From Amphiscolops sp. MND2022 (taxonomy: Eukaryota): 64,000 nucleotides of DNA. Made by a program: the position numbers and the translations under genes. Of the stretch, positions 38,901-50,304 are shown piece after piece. The notes below the pieces were generated by a model. The model saw only the letters and a list, made by a program, of their open reading frames with translations. It did no database searches and had not been told where the DNA came from. Location of the stretch: contig OZ076409.1 in assembly GCA_964187785.1 (NCBI GenBank), forward strand, positions 18,974,001 to 19,038,000. Direction: 5' to 3'. Position 1 is the first letter of the stretch, and every line of letters begins with the position of its first letter.

Positions 38901-39828
38901 ATTGATTGTGATGATCTTGAAGAGTCCCAGTGCATCATCCCGAGTGTCTCGCGGGTAATACAACTTTTGTCCAGAGCTTCTGTTAGAAGGTGACGGACAG
39001 TTAGTTTTCCGCCTATTTTCGGATCTTTGTCGGATCTCGGAGACTTGTGGGGCCCTATTGTCCGATGAATCAAAGGCTGCAGTAGAGGAGTTCAGTAGTT
39101 ACGTTGTGGAGAAGCGTTCTCAGCACGAGGCATCTATGGGGGTGGCTAGTGAGGTTCCTGACGTCGTGAGTTGGTTGCTGCGCGATTTTGGTTTTCAAGC
39201 TCGTGTGCATGCTTGTCGAGTTTTGAAACTGTGTGTACTGATTACGGGCAGGCCCCGTAAGAATTATCCTGCAGTGACTTTCGACCTGAGCGGGAGTAAG
39301 CTATCTGAAAAGCAGTTCCGCGAGTGTTTACTTTTGGTGCAGAGTTATGTGTTGAGTTCTGGGTGTTCGCATAAAAGCTTTTTTACTGATCCCACTTTGA
39401 ACGCTGTGGAAGAGGCAAACGCTAATGCTGGGGTGTTTTACGTGGCTCCGAACTTTGATCTGTGGACGGAATTTTGTAGTGGAATTGCCGAGGCGTTTGC
39501 GTCCCGATATCAGAGCCTGTACGATACCTTTTTACTGGGTCACCGCCAGTCTTTCGAGTCTCATTATGCTGATCTCAATAAGAGTAATCGTCTCGCCCGC
39601 GCACTGCAGGGTACATCTGTGTCAGCAACGGGTAGTGGCAATGTTTCTGCTGTGTTAGCGAAAGGGAAGGGCTCTAGTCAACGTGCTGGGTCCACTGGGA
39701 AGTCAAGTTCCAGTAAAGAGGCTACTACGAGTTCTAGTCCCGAGAAGAAAAATAAGAAGAAGCCTAAGAAGGTAAAAGACAGCACTGATGAGGATCGGGA
39801 AAGCTTCCAGAAACTGAAGAAAATGTAG
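35904..39828 (+). pseudogene. Antisense multi-exon accessory gene of the retrotransposon: zinc finger plus hAT-transposase-like body and a basic C-terminal tail; a few stops and frameshifts
   Basis: ATG 35904 (MENEGNPP). T-rich GT..AG introns at about 36028-36098, 36480-36553, ~36665-36742, 36856-36951, 37534-37668, 38290-38375 and 38472-38610. Motifs PPKRAKK, CRVCC..RHFQSDSH, FRVRCREFLDRLIVMILKSP and KKNKKKPKK. Confidence 0.72.
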
Positions 39829-40007
39829 CACTCTGTGTTTGTGTCATTTATTCTGATTGTTGGCTTTTGCAGTTTGTTGTTGATATATAAGGACTGCCTG
39901 AGATTTTTATCCTTTTCATCTTATGTATTTTGTAGTTTTAGTGTATTAAGGAGGAACGAAATTAACGTAGCCATCCCGGTTCGGTTTGGTTCTCTGATCG
40001 CTTTTAT

Positions 40008-43000
40008 TCAATTTTGAGGTTGAGAATTCTCTTCCGTAATGATTGCGTCCAGCATCCTAAAGTCGGGGTGTGCGTTAGGTTTAGGATTAGGGCGTAAGTT
40101 ATATCTTCCTGTTTTCCTGGGATTGTATCCAACAACTATAGGCAGCAGTGAAGGCGGTATTGGGGGGCTTTCTGTATGCGGCGGGGTCATTATGAAAGGG
40201 TTATCACTGACGTCTAAGTTTAATGACGTATTCTCTCCAGAGGATATTTTATCCATCGTTGTATTCTCATCTGCAGTTGTTATAACTGTTTCATGGTCCG
40301 TTGTATTTCCGTCTTCAGTTTGTACTTCCGTGATAGTAGCTTCTTCATTGTCGTTTTCCGTTGAGGTTCCGAACAGAACTTCTCCGAATTCGGTTTCCCA
40401 AGCTTGCGCGTACCAATCATCATGGGTTGTTTTAACCTCAGGATCTGGAAGCTGATCTTCCACTTTGACTGTTACGTCAGGTACTCGCTGATTGGGCGCG
40501 TATAGCCTTAGGCGAATTCTATGGAGGGTTTGCGTATACCTTTTTCCCGTCCGACTTACGACGTAATTGTTATTGGAAAGGACTTTGACCACTATATATG
40601 GCCCTGTCCAAATGCAATCTTTGAAAGCGAATTTCCTTGACTGGTTATCAGCCTTCGTATTCAGGACGTAGCAATAGTCATTGATTTTCAATGGCTTTGA
40701 TGTCGCTTTTTTATCGTAATATCGCTTATACTTCAAATATGATTGCATGAGGTTGTCCTTGGCTGACTGGTGAATTTAGGTGATTTGCTTTTGTAATTCG
40801 TCCGTTAGATCTTCGTTGGCGTCTTTCTTCTATTCTGGCTTGAGTCCCAGTTTGATGTCCAGAATGTTGTACGGGATGCGTCCGTGGAATACTGTTGTCG
40901 GTTCGCAGCCTAGGCTTTCGTGGTAGCTTGTGTTATAGTTCATGACTGCAATTTGTACATATTTATTCCACATTGAACGTCGTTCTCCCGTTGATATTTT
41001 TAAGGACGTTTTTAGTGATGCATGCGTTCTCTCAAGTATTCCAATCGTTTGTGCATGTTTCGTTGATGCGTGGCTGATTCGTATGTCAAGAGTTTGCGCT
41101 ATCTGGTTTACGACATCTGATCGGAATTGTGATCCTTTGTCGGTGAGGATTGTTGTAGGCAGGTAACAATGGCGTGTCATTACGTCAATTATGCATCGGC
41201 CTACTGTTCTGGCTGTCATATCTTGCGTAGGGTATGCGAAGTGGTATCGAGAGAAATCGTCCATCATTGTTATGATGTGCCTGTATCCATTGGATGAAGG
41301 TAAATTTGGTAGAATGTCAACTTCTAAGCAATCCTCTGGGCCGAAGGTATATTCTGTGTTGCTCAGCATTTTTGGGCGTATTTGTCCTTTGTCGATCCGT
41401 TTGTTGGCTATGCAGTCAGGGCAGTTGATTACCCAAGCTCTGATTTTCCGTGCGAGTCCCGGATAGTAGTATTTTGTTCGGCTTTCTTGGATCATCTTTG
41501 TTATTCCTGGATGTTTGTTGGTTTTTCCGTGCAGAGTTTATAGGAGTTCGGGGACTATGTGTTTCGGTTTGAGGATTCGATGATGCGTGATTGTGCCATC
41601 CTCTCCGTAATATTTGGGCATAAGAACTCCATCTTTGACTATTATTCTTTCTTCATGGCGTAGCAAGTTTTTCCCTCTTGGTTCAGTTTTGAGGAGATGT
41701 TTGTCATATTCTTCGTGGAGTAGACGTAGCTTTAGTGCTTTCAGGATTGAATCTGCATCTTGTTCGTTGCGTATTCGGGCGTTTTCTTTGATTGCTCCAA
41801 ATGCGTAGACTGCCGTATTGAGCGGTATATGGACTGTTTCTGTTATTTCGGTGGATAGGTTTTGTTGTTCTTTTTCGTCCACTGCTCGTTGTTTGCTAAG
41901 AGCTTTTCTTGCAAAAGTTTCTTGTTCTGATTCTTCTTCCTCATCTGGTAGGAAAAAAAGTTGTTCTTCGTCAGCAACGTCTGTGGACTGTAGGTTGAGT
42001 TCGATGGGTGCCGTTATAATGTCGTCCCGTAGCTTGAGCTGAACTTTTTTTGGCGTTAGTTCCAGGCGAGACCGAAAATCGGCTGCTGTGTTTTGTGACC
42101 CGACTACGTGCATAATGCGGAATTTGAATTGTAGTACGTAGTCACAAGCGTTCCAGAGCGCGGGAGGCGTTGTCTTTGTTTGGAAAAACCTTGTTACTGA
42201 TCTATTGTCCGTTAATACTAGAGTTGGTAGTGTCGTTTCCCATAAGATGTGACTGTATTCCAGGATGCATGGTAAATGGCGAGGAACTCTTTACAGTATA
42301 TTGAAATTTTCAGCTGTGACGGAGAAAATACGCGGGAACCAAAAGCGACCGGTGCGAAAGTTTTCCGTTTGGAGAGTAGCTTTTTATCATCGTTTTCTTC
42401 TATCATTAGGGCATAGCCTGATGCCCGGAAACTTGCGTCCGTCATTAGTACGTATTGTTTTCTCGCAACTGGTTGTCTGAGGGCTAGTCCACATGCTTCC
42501 GCTAGGCTTGCGTTGATGGCTTTGAAGTTGTCGACTAGTTCTTCTGATATGGTGATTTTTGCATCTGCTTTTAGGAGTTCGTACATTCCAATCATCTTTT
42601 CGGACAGTCTTGGTATGCAGTTTCTGTAGTAGTTGATAAATCCAAGGTATTTCTGGACTTGTTTCTTTGATCGGGGAAATCTGATTTTTGACAAGAAATT
42701 TGTGATTTTGTGGTCTTGCGGTGCTACTCCGTGGGGTGTGATGGTTCTTCCCAGAAATTCGATTTGGGTGACACCAAAGTGGCATTTTTCAATTGTGAGT
42801 TTTAGTCCGGCTTTGCGGATGCATTTGAAGACTGCTCTGATGTTCTTAATGGGTTGTTCCATTGTGTTGGCGGCGATCCCGATATCGTCCACATTTTGGG
42901 CACACTGGTCGGCTTTGATGACGGTGTCGAGGTATTCCCGCATGAAGCTCGAAAAGGCTGACAAGGCTCTACTAAGTCCTTGGGTTAGCCTGCGATAGGC

Positions 43001-45215
43001 AAACGTTCTACTAGCAAAGTTAAATGCAAGGAGTTCTACTGACCTTTGATCTGCCATTTGGAGGCAGTGATAGGCTTGTGAGCAATCTAGTTTGCAGAAC
43101 AGCTGCTTCCCCGCTAGATGTTGTGCGACGTCTGAGAGGGTGCTGATGGGGTGGTTGTTGTTTATGTAGTCGTCTGAGATGAGGGCGTTGATCTTCCGTA
43201 AGTCCACTAGGAGCCGCAGTTTGCCGTTTGGTTTGCGTTGCGCGAAGGTGGGGCTTTCATATTTCGAGAATGGGAGAGTTGTGATGATCCCATATTTGTG
43301 CATCAGTGCTAATTCTACTGTGAGGTCGTCTTTGAGGTTGATGGGTACGGGGAGACTCTGGTTGTATACCGGTTTGTCGTTTTTGGGGGTTAGGCATACC
43401 TTGAACTGGTTGTTCATTCCGATGTCAAGTCGGTGGCGTGCAAAGATGTCCTTGAATTCGACTAGGGTGGACTCTAGGTTTTCACGGTCTTCTCCCGTTA
43501 TTAGCGAATCATTCCATTTGAATAGTGAAAGGAATTGTGATCTGGATTTTTCGTCTTGTTTGGGGTCCAGTTCTTCTAATCTTTGTAGTTCGCGTAGTTC
43601 TCCCAGAATGCGTTGTTGGATGGGTGTGTGTTCCGATTCATCTCCGGGATTTTCGGGAGTTGGGAACCAGAATTTCTCTTCTGTTTGTTCTGACGAGTCA
43701 ACTTGCATCAGTGCATTAACGTACGCAACAACATCGTCGTGTTCGGTGAGTAGATTGAGGGCTGCTATATCTACTGCTCGTATCGATTGCGTTTCTTCAG
43801 GTTTCAGTATTTGTAATTCTGCTAGTTTCGTATGTGGTGTTACTGTATAGGGAAAGTCTGTGGTGTTCGCTATCTTTATCGCGACTCGTTTTTCTCGGGC
43901 TGTTGTTATTGCTGGGGCTACTATAAGTTTCGCATTTTCGTCGAACTGTGGTAGAGGTTGAACTGTCCCAGATATTGAGTGGTCGTTGCTTGCAGTAATG
44001 TACGCGTGGATGATCTGCGTGGCTTGCGCTGGTATGGTGTGTTTTTCTTCCGTCTTGATAGTGATGGGTTTGGGGTTGCACTTTTGTCTTTTGTCCTTTA
44101 GGGCTAGAGTGATTTGTATTTTTGGAAAGTCGATTGTTCCTTGTGTAGTATCTAGGATTGCGGAATGTTTCCGAAGGAATGCCAGGCCGATGATTGGGTA
44201 CGATGTTTTGGTCATGATGATGAAGGTCTCTTCGAACGCGTAGTGACCGATTTTGAACTGCATTGTGTATGTCGCGCGGGCTTTTTCAAGTTCGGTGTTG
44301 GCATATTGTATCTTGAAAGGGGGCGGAGGTGCCTTCGCGATTATGGTTGCGTTGGCTTCAGTTTGTATTTTGTCTGCGTCTCTTTCGCTGATGACGTTGA
44401 TGTAGGCTCCCGAGTCAACCAGTGCATCAATTCTAGTGTTTTCAAAGTCAAGAGGAATAAAGAGCATTCTTTTCTTCTTTTTGAGGGTAATTGCTGACAT
44501 TAACGGAGTGTAGTCGTCGTCTTTGTCAAGTTGTATGAATTCTTTTATGATATTGAGGTCATATGGCAGTTGTTGTGGGCATTCCGTTACTTCGTCGTCT
44601 TCATGATTGCTGTCCTGAGTTGGCAATTCGGGTGCTGTTGTTGGGGGTGATACTGTTTGATCGGCTTTCCTGCGCTGTTTTTTTTCTTGTTGTGTCCATA
44701 TTGTTTTATCCTCGATGCAGATGATATTCTCTGTATCTATTGGTGGGGACGTGGTGGTGACGGGTATTGGTGGGGACTGTGTTGTCTTTTTTAGGATTGG
44801 TGACGGTGGTGATGGTAAGATTGTCCTCTCGGTGAGTTGGGCTTGAGGATTTGAAACTTGAATTTTGAAAGAGAGTTTGTTTGTGTCATAGATGGTTGGT
44901 TCGTCCCAGGGATAAACATCTATAGTCTTTATCATATATGTAAATGCGCTCGGTCTTTGATTCTGGGAGGGGTCTCTTCAGTGTCGCGTAGTTATCGGGT
45001 GATTCTGTTATCCATTGGGGTAGTGGTGTTGGATCCTCTGGGTGTCGGGCACTGTGTCTAAGTATCATGCCTACGTTCCAACGACGTTGCCAGTCTTGGG
45101 TGGGTTCCTCATTGCATTCTGTGAGGATGTCTTCTTCATACCTATTTGTGGGGTCTTTTATTGTGTACGCCCTTGCGTCTACCGTTTCCCCGAAGCAGAG
45201 GCGCGGCGTTCTTAG
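40008..45215 (-). pseudogene. pol: pol polyprotein (aspartic protease, RT, RNase H, integrase) with several frameshifts and stops
   Basis: ALVDSGA; KPNGKLRLLVDLRKIN; KLDCSQAYH; NVDDI (YxDD altered); MTDAS; H2C2 finger CPDC; TDKGSQF; ERTHASLK; WTGPY. Confidence 0.93.
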
Positions 45216-46624
45216 TTTTTTGGCTGGATTTCAATAGAAGGGATTGGTTGTTCGCTAATTTGGTTTGTGGGTATGGCGAACTCGTGTCGTTTCTTCCTAG
45301 GGTCGTCCGCCGCATTAGCTCTGTACCAGCAGTTCTCAGTTTTGTGGAGCTTTCCACAAGTGTCGCATTTTGGTTTGGGTGGTTCATTGGTGTTGGGAAT
45401 GCCGTTCTGTGCTTTAGTTTCGTAGTAGCGATCTTTTCGTAATTTGCGGCACTGTGCTTTATAATGCCCCTGTTTGCCACAGTGGAAGCAGTTTCCTCGA
45501 TGGTTGAGTTCCTTTTTTGGTTCCGGTGGGACAACGTCGACCGTATTTAGTGGGACTAGCGTGGTTTCGTCTGGGGTTCCCAGACCATTAAGGCTCATCT
45601 CTCGTTCAAGATGTAGGACAATGTCGTTATAGGGTTTGTCCTCGAGGTAGGCTCGGTTAAGAATCTTTTTGACGTGGTCCGGCATTTTGGCGTATATGGC
45701 CTTGTCTATAAACTTTTGTGCCTCTGAGCCGAACGCTTCTTTAGCCGTTTTTTGCAGTGTGTCCAAAAATTCAAGTAACTTTTGCTTGGTTGGGTCAAAA
45801 TGTAGCGAGTCCCATTCGCATCTCGCCTTGGCCGAAGGTTGAAAATCTCCGAAGCGTCGTTTAAACGCTGTAAGTACCTCCTCTAAGTTATCTTTTTTGG
45901 CATCGTCTAAGTTGCAGTATGCTTGTAGTGCAATGCCTCGTAGTAGCGAGTGAAAGTAGTTGATTTTTTGAATTTCTGTTAGATGTGGGTACATTTTTAT
46001 ATTGTTTCGGAATAAATCCTCGAAAAGTTCGAATTCTTTGGACTTACCATCAAATCCAGGTAGAGATGCGGTGAGGGCTTTTGGCATTGAAGGAGGTTGA
46101 GGTGGTGGATGGATTTCCGGCTGAGGAGCGAATAGTAGTCTTGATGTCGAGGGTCGTTCGTTGGGTGGCAGGCTTTGTGGACGGTGTGGTCGCGTCTTCT
46201 TTTTCCCCAGATTTGTGGAGTCATTGAGGACTCCTGTCACAATGTTACGACTATTCACCGGTGTAATTTTACGATTAGTCGCAGTGGTTTTATTTTTGAT
46301 CGGTGTTGAAGATGCATTTTCCGGAATGTTTTCGGATTCAGAATCTGTTTCTCCAGTAGCTGTTATGATGGTTTGCTTTTTAACAGGAGGAGCTATTAGT
46401 TTTAGCATCTCCTTTTAGTTTTCAGCTAAGATTTTAGTAAGATCAGAAATGATCTCTTTCCTCAATGAAGACTTGATTTCCTCTAGATTTTCAGTGAGTA
46501 CTCTAGGAGATTTGCTCGTTCCCGCTACGGGATTTAAGTTTTGGCTAGTCGCAGGTATCGGGGTCTCAATTTCAGTAGAAACTAATTCTTCAACAGCTTT
46601 TCTCTTCTGGCTTTTAGTAGTCAT
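45212..46624 (-). pseudogene. gag: gag, starting inside the 5' LTR; one nonsense codon at 46415-46417
   Basis: MTTKSQKRK..., FDGKSKEFELFEDLF, knuckles CFHCGKQGHYKAQC and CDTCGKLHKTENC. The 3' LTR copy has CAA where this copy has TAA. Confidence 0.9.
46230..46242 (-). promoter_or_regulatory. Putative primer-binding site, tRNA-Leu-like
   Basis: TTGTGACAGGAGT immediately follows the 5' LTR end and is close to the complement of a tRNA-Leu 3' end (TGGTGTCAGGAGT). The host tRNA sequence is not available here. Confidence 0.5.
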
Positions 46625-48417
46625 TTTAGAGAGAGAGAGAGGTTGTTCTTTGGAAAACTCGAATTCTTCAAAGAAATATGGTTTTCAGAAACAAAGTATC
46701 AACGTAGCAAATTAAAAAACAGATTTACTTATTTTACAAATCCCTAGGTATGTATACATTTACAGCATCATTTGTTCCTCACCTAAAAAGTCCTAGGAAT
46801 CCTTAAAATCGGTTTTGTTCATCAAAATTGCTTAATCATCCCTATTATTTCAACCCTTCAATTAATTGTTCACGATTTAAAATTCCTAGTCACGGCTCCC
46901 TTACGGAGTGCTTGTTGAAATCATTTTTGTTCATTATGATCATTTCCGGTTTGATCGCGGAAAAGGCGGCAAAATGAAAGTCTAGTTGAATTTTCATCGA
47001 GAAAGGCTCGCTGGCGTGATCAATGATTCATCTCGAGACTAGTGAAAACCGTCCGTTCGCGGTAAAAGAATGACAAGCAAAACTGACTACGGAAATATCT
47101 CGGAGTGATTTTGGATAAAGGTGCTGAGAATATCTTGAAAAGAACAAATGATGCTGGAGAAACGGTTAATACCGATCAAGAACTGAGATAGCAAATAATA
47201 TATTACGGAATCATTCTGAGCTTCTGAACTAATTTTACATGTATAGAAACATAATGGTTTGGTTAATACAGGTCAATGGCTTATTTAGCCCAATGAACAT
47301 AACGTAATAAATGTACGAAACACCCTTTTCCAAACTGAAGGAAAGCACCTTTTTTTATCTGTTTCTTTTGTTTTAACCTGTAGTACGATCATTTTGATTA
47401 GTTATTAAACTGGAATAATTCGGAAAGGTATTATTTTAATGTTATGATATTTTGAACATTCCTTTTCGGTTCCGTATGGCATGAGGAATATCTTGATATA
47501 TTAAAACAATTTTGACCTTGCAGTTTTTCCTTTAGTCGTTCTATATGTTCTTTATGTATGTTCTATATGTTCTATATGTTCTATATTAGTCGTTCTATAT
47601 TAACATTAGGCATAACCTTGTCATTTTACAGTTTGCTCCGTAAGCGCTCCGTACGTATTAAGACTAGGTATAGTTTCATCGCTTTACAATTTGCTCCGTA
47701 AGCGCTTCGTACGTATTAAGATTAGGTATAGCTGAGCAGCACTTGCTTGTGGAGACAGAGCGGACAGCATTAACAAAGTCATTCTTATTCTCTCGCTCAA
47801 TTGGCGTTGCTATGGTAACTAGGGATGGTGAAAGACGACGCTATTAGTCCGTAAAAATAGAAACATCTACTCTTCAATCAAGCTGAGTGACGCCGTCATA
47901 ACGTTGTAAACATTCTCTTAAGTTGCTTAACTGCATTCTTAAGGGGATATTCACAACTATTCAATCATTGGAAAACAATTCCGCCATTCTCTTTGTATGT
48001 TCTTTCATTTTAGATTGTATGAATTCCGTTGGGACCTCGGAATTGAATTTCATTTTGATGTTTTCATGTCAGTGTGAAAAAAAGGTCCTAAAGTTAAGAA
48101 TGTTTTTATCTTGTTGTTCAGATTTGTATGGAATTTTCAGCTGACGAAATCGGAAGTAACAGAACGGTTACGCATGAAAACTTTATACCGGAAGTTTCGT
48201 TCCGTCTAAAATCACTTTTGTATATTTTACGTATCGCTTTCGTTAGACTAAAATCCTTTCGTTCTGATTATTAACTCGTACTACAGTTAAACAAAGGTAA
48301 GTGGTCAGTCAAAGTTTTTTACCTAATTTTGTGAGGTATTGCCATGTCCTCGCCCTCTTGCAAATTTCGGTATTCCTCCGCAACAGGAAAATTCCCGACC
48401 GGGAGCGGGTCGTGACA
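46243..48417 (-). repeat. 5' LTR (2175 bp)
   Basis: Direct repeat of 32725-34855, differing by scattered substitutions and a TTCTATATG-type expansion near 47540-47600. Confidence 0.93.
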
Positions 48418-49974
48418 CTGCGTTCGCAAGATTGTAATAGTGATAGAAAAAAATTCAAGGACTTAGCATAACATAAGCTAGAAAGAAAATCGCTCCCAAC
48501 GATTCATACCTATAGCTGATACCTAATTGTCCTTTAATTTGCTAAGTAAATAAAGTTTCTACATTTGCTTGATGGTGGGGTAACCACAAAGTTTTTCTTC
48601 CAGGTCAATAGGTAGACTTTTCCAGGGATCTGCCATTTTTTGAAAATTTGTTTCTTGGAAACTTTTCTTTACTTGTTGAAAGTCTCTGAAATCTAAAAGA
48701 TGCCGAACTGGTAAGGCATTGTAAGATCTGGACAGATTCAGTCTGGAAAAGAACGTCTTGTTATAATTCAATCCAGTCAGATGAGTTTCCGCAAAAAAAT
48801 CTCGTGCAACAAGGAATCGAAAACTTTAGACCAATCCAAAATTGCCGCAGCTACCAAGTCGTTTCCATAATTTGACTGCAGTGAATATTGCATCTATTGC
48901 TAATGAAATAATTCTGAAAGCAGATTGGATGTCACTTAAGACATATGTCTAGCTCAAAAAATCAAGAAATCAATCATTCAGCTGCGCAAATCAAAACTAT
49001 TTCAAAGACGTTAAGGAGAGATGTTGTTTTTAGTCGGCGCCTTTTCCCTTAAGGAAAAAAGCCCGACTCTTACAGTGAGTAGTTTTTTTTTTCAGTTGAC
49101 AATCTCACTCTGAGTGGTCCACTTTTCTTACAATTTTTGTTCATCTTTCATATTTGTTCATCTTTCATCTTCGACCCAGCCGGAGAGCGTGGGTTCGAAT
49201 CCCGCACTAAACCATAAATTTTTTAATGAGTTTTTCGGCATTGTGCGACCTAAAAAATACTTTTTTTCGAAAAAAAATCAAAATTTTTTTTGAAAAAAAA
49301 ATTTTTTCCAAATTTTTCCAATAGTTGTTCCTTGAATATTTTTGAGCCTAAGATATGGCGCCGACTTGGGACGTTCCCGTCTTGTTGAAACTTATCTACA
49401 GTAGTTTATTGAATCCTCTTGGTCTCTTTCGTAATAAAATGGTCTTACGTTGGACAAATTAAGGAGGGTTGGAACTTTTTCTTCAACAATAAAGTTCTGA
49501 GTAGTATACGAATTGCCGATCCTGATATAGCCAGTCAATAACCTAAGCATATTTTCAAATAAATCATCAAGAGTACCGTTTTTTACAATAAAAATTAACA
49601 GATAAAAAATTACCATTTTTACAAAAAAACTTAATCCGTCAGCCAGACCATCAAAAATAGGTATTTTTTCAAATAAATCACTAAAAGTGCCGTTTTTCAC
49701 AACATAATAGTCAATGAACAAAATTTCTCATTTCGCAAAGCGGCTTCGGTGAAAATGTTTGCCACAAGGAAAAGTTCACTAACCTGCATGTATTCGAAGC
49801 CAGCTCTGCTGTATGGTAATATAGAAAAATTGTGTAGGAGAAATGAAAAGTGTAACATGTGCAATTCAATTCAATTCATTTGCAATGTGCAGTGAAGTGT
49901 CATTGACATTTCACACTCGAGAAACATGCGAAGCCAGCTTTGCTGTATGAAAGAAAAATCAAAGTAAATTTGCC

Positions 49975-50260
49975 AAAATTCGTGCCAGCTTGGCAAAACT
50001 TCGAAAATAATTTTTTGGCTCTTTTTTGCAACCGTTGAGAAGGAAGTTGTTCTAGTTCTTGTAAGTTATTAATCCATGGGAAAATATAATTTGCTCAATA
50101 TCTCAGCGGGAGAGGGTTTTAGAGAAAGTCCACTGAAACAAAAGTTGTAGATAATTAAAAGATACACACATGCAAAGCCGGCGTTGCTGTATTTTACTTC
50201 TGAACGTTTTCTCTAAACTTAACCCACTAATTACCAGGTGCCAAAATAGGTGTGAAAAAT
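49975..50260 (+). repeat. Left terminal inverted repeat of the Polinton
   Basis: Reverse complement of 63595-63925, e.g. GTTCTAGTTCTTGTAAGTTATTAAT and TAATTACCAGGTGCCAAAA. Confidence 0.88.
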
Positions 50261-50304
50261 GGGTTTTTCTCATTTTTCTCGAGACTACTTGAAAGAATTT
50301 ATAT

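Larger units (their letters stand above)
32725..48417 (-). mobile_element. Full-length 15.7-kb Ty3/Gypsy LTR retrotransposon with an accessory cassette
   Basis: Two near-identical LTRs with minus-strand termini TGTCACG...GTCGTAACA. 5-bp TSD CTGCG at 32720-32724 and 48418-48422. Domain order gag, PR, RT, RH, IN. Confidence 0.95.

Noticed and set aside
35904..39828. env gene at the usual third-ORF position
   Set aside because: It is antisense and spliced, with no signal peptide, furin site or transmembrane anchor; it has nuclear-type basic motifs instead.
49170..49215. Possible tRNA gene (GGTTCGAATCCC)
   Set aside because: Only a T-arm/B-box is visible; I could not build an acceptor stem, D-arm or anticodon arm.
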